A stretch of DNA of 64,000 nucleotides from Tubiluchus corallicola (lineage: Eukaryota; Animalia; Priapulida), in assembly GCA_030141605.1 (NCBI GenBank), contig JAQGDQ010002366.1, positions 628,660 to 692,659 of the forward strand, in the 5' to 3' direction. The notes beneath the pieces were generated by a model, which saw only the letters and a program-made list of their open reading frames with translations, did no database searches and was not told the origin of the DNA. Position numbers and translations under genes: made by a program. The first letter of the stretch is position 1. The number at the start of each line of letters is the position of its first letter. Positions 62,416 through 64,000 of this stretch are shown here, in pieces.

Positions 62416-64000
62416 CAGCAGGTTTATTAAAGTAGACCAAGTAATTATTCGAAATTCTTATTGATATCACCATCTTCTTCTTCATCATTATCATCACTGA
62501 TAAATATAAATATGCTTATGTTTCTATTACAAATGATGCAAGTTTTGCATACTAAATCATATCAAATCGAATTTATTTATCCCTGGCATAAAAACAAACA
62601 TATTAATTATTAGTATACAAGTATAAACCATTAAAATGGGAAAGGGTGGCAAAAAACATGATGTTACCGAATCAGCCACCATAACTTACCCAAACCAACC
62701 CACCCCAGCACACTTTACTTAGCATTTGCATTAAGAATGCTCAGCTAATTATCTTTTAATTCTTCACACCTCATTTTCGATTATATGTTCGCAGACAATT
62801 TTTATGAGACTCGCATGTTGTTTATAACAGCAAATCCTTCCTATTAAAATTTAATGCAGGGGTTGACTGGACGCAATTAAAATAATTGTATAGCGAGTAA
62901 TAATTACATTGCACTTAGATTAAAAAAGGTAACGGAAAAATGTGTATAAGCTTCCGATTGGATGCTACTTTTGCTGCTCAGTCTGGTGGTAAAAACAATT
63001 AGCCCTTTGATGAAACAAACAGTATCCTAACTCAGGGGCTGGCCCATTGAGCCAATCCACCACAACGCATACTTGATTGTTAGACAAAAATCGATAAGGT
63101 TTTCGATAGAGTACCATACTAAACTAACAATTAAGTAAATTATAATTGTCTGGTACCGTTCAGTGATGAATTTATTTGAAAAACACATAAATTCGTAAAG
63201 CGTTTAATAACAAAAAATGCCAACAAAACGCTGCTACCAAAAAAATATAAAATAAACAACAGTTAATCACAATACACATGCACTCCAGTGACTTGTCTGG
63301 CCTTTGTCGCCCGTCTCCTTTGTACAATGTGGCAGATCTTCAAATGCTTTTCTTTCAGTTTGAAGATATGGTTAAGAGTTTTCATATTGTCGCGAGATTT
63401 TTTGGCTGAATACAGTCAATGAGAGATTGCTGCAAAATTTGCGAATTCATTGTACGACAAAATAAAAGAAGAAAAATGGACCGAGAAGATGAAATGCAGA
63501 AGTCTTAACTGGGTGTGTTATACTCTGAATTTACTGGAATAAAGTCCACTTATTAAATGACATCAACAGAAAGCATACACGGAAGTAAACCAATTGCAAC
63601 AAAGAGAAGGGCTCTTACAACACCGCCGCAAAGCGACAAAAGACTAGACAAGTTTGTCATCACAAAAGTCACGTCAAGTCAACAGCCACGTGCTTACTGA
63701 AAGCTAACCAAACTTATATAAAAGAAAACGGCGTCTTTTAAAAACATTTTCATAAGATTGAAGAAGACTCAGCCCTCCTTACTTGAACGTAATGATCCAT
63801 AGCCAGGCATACCTAAGTAATTGAACAGAAAACATTATAACCTACCTTAAGTGGAATATTGCTAGAATGAAAAATATACATAACGACAGGAAAGGAGAAA
63901 TCATCAACTTTATGAAAAATACCTGTTGAAACACAGTTACCAGTGATTGTTACCGAAACGTCCAAATAATTAACAAACTTGATATTGCTGCCACTAAACT

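Noticed and set aside
63383-63861. Possible small minus-strand exons (63846..63861, 63783..63812, 63383..63428 QSLIDCIQPKNLATI*)
   Set aside because: Splice-like signals exist, but the implied 33-nt intron is implausibly short, phases are unresolved and no peptide is recognisable. They could be SHPRH 5'UTR exons or part of a gene beyond the window.

Overview
AT-rich, intron-containing genomic DNA from an invertebrate animal. An arthropod origin is plausible but is only an inference. I reconstructed seven protein-coding genes by hand from GT-AG boundaries, and intron phases are consistent in each: a B4GAT1-like glycosyltransferase (-, 3 exons), a small LRR protein with a probable GPI anchor (-, 3 exons), a CAP/SCP-family secreted protein (+, 7 exons), a tetraspanin (-, 8 exons), mitochondrial Era GTPase ERAL1 (-, 11 exons), and two adjacent genes with intronless CDSs, TRMT11 (+) and SHPRH (-). 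Introns and intergenic DNA hold BEL/Pao, Gypsy and non-LTR retroelement remnants, several MITEs (mariner/pogo-like, hAT-like), tRNA-derived SINE-like units and satellites. The most interesting signals are: (i) a ~225-bp palindrome just 3' of the TRMT11 stop, with a minimal Penelope-type hammerhead-like core in each arm; (ii) the pair of intronless housekeeping CDSs in an intron-rich neighbourhood; (iii) a dispersed family of short tRNA-like Pol III cassettes, several enclosed by inverted repeats. No database searches or folding computations were run, so all calls rest on motifs read from the sequence.
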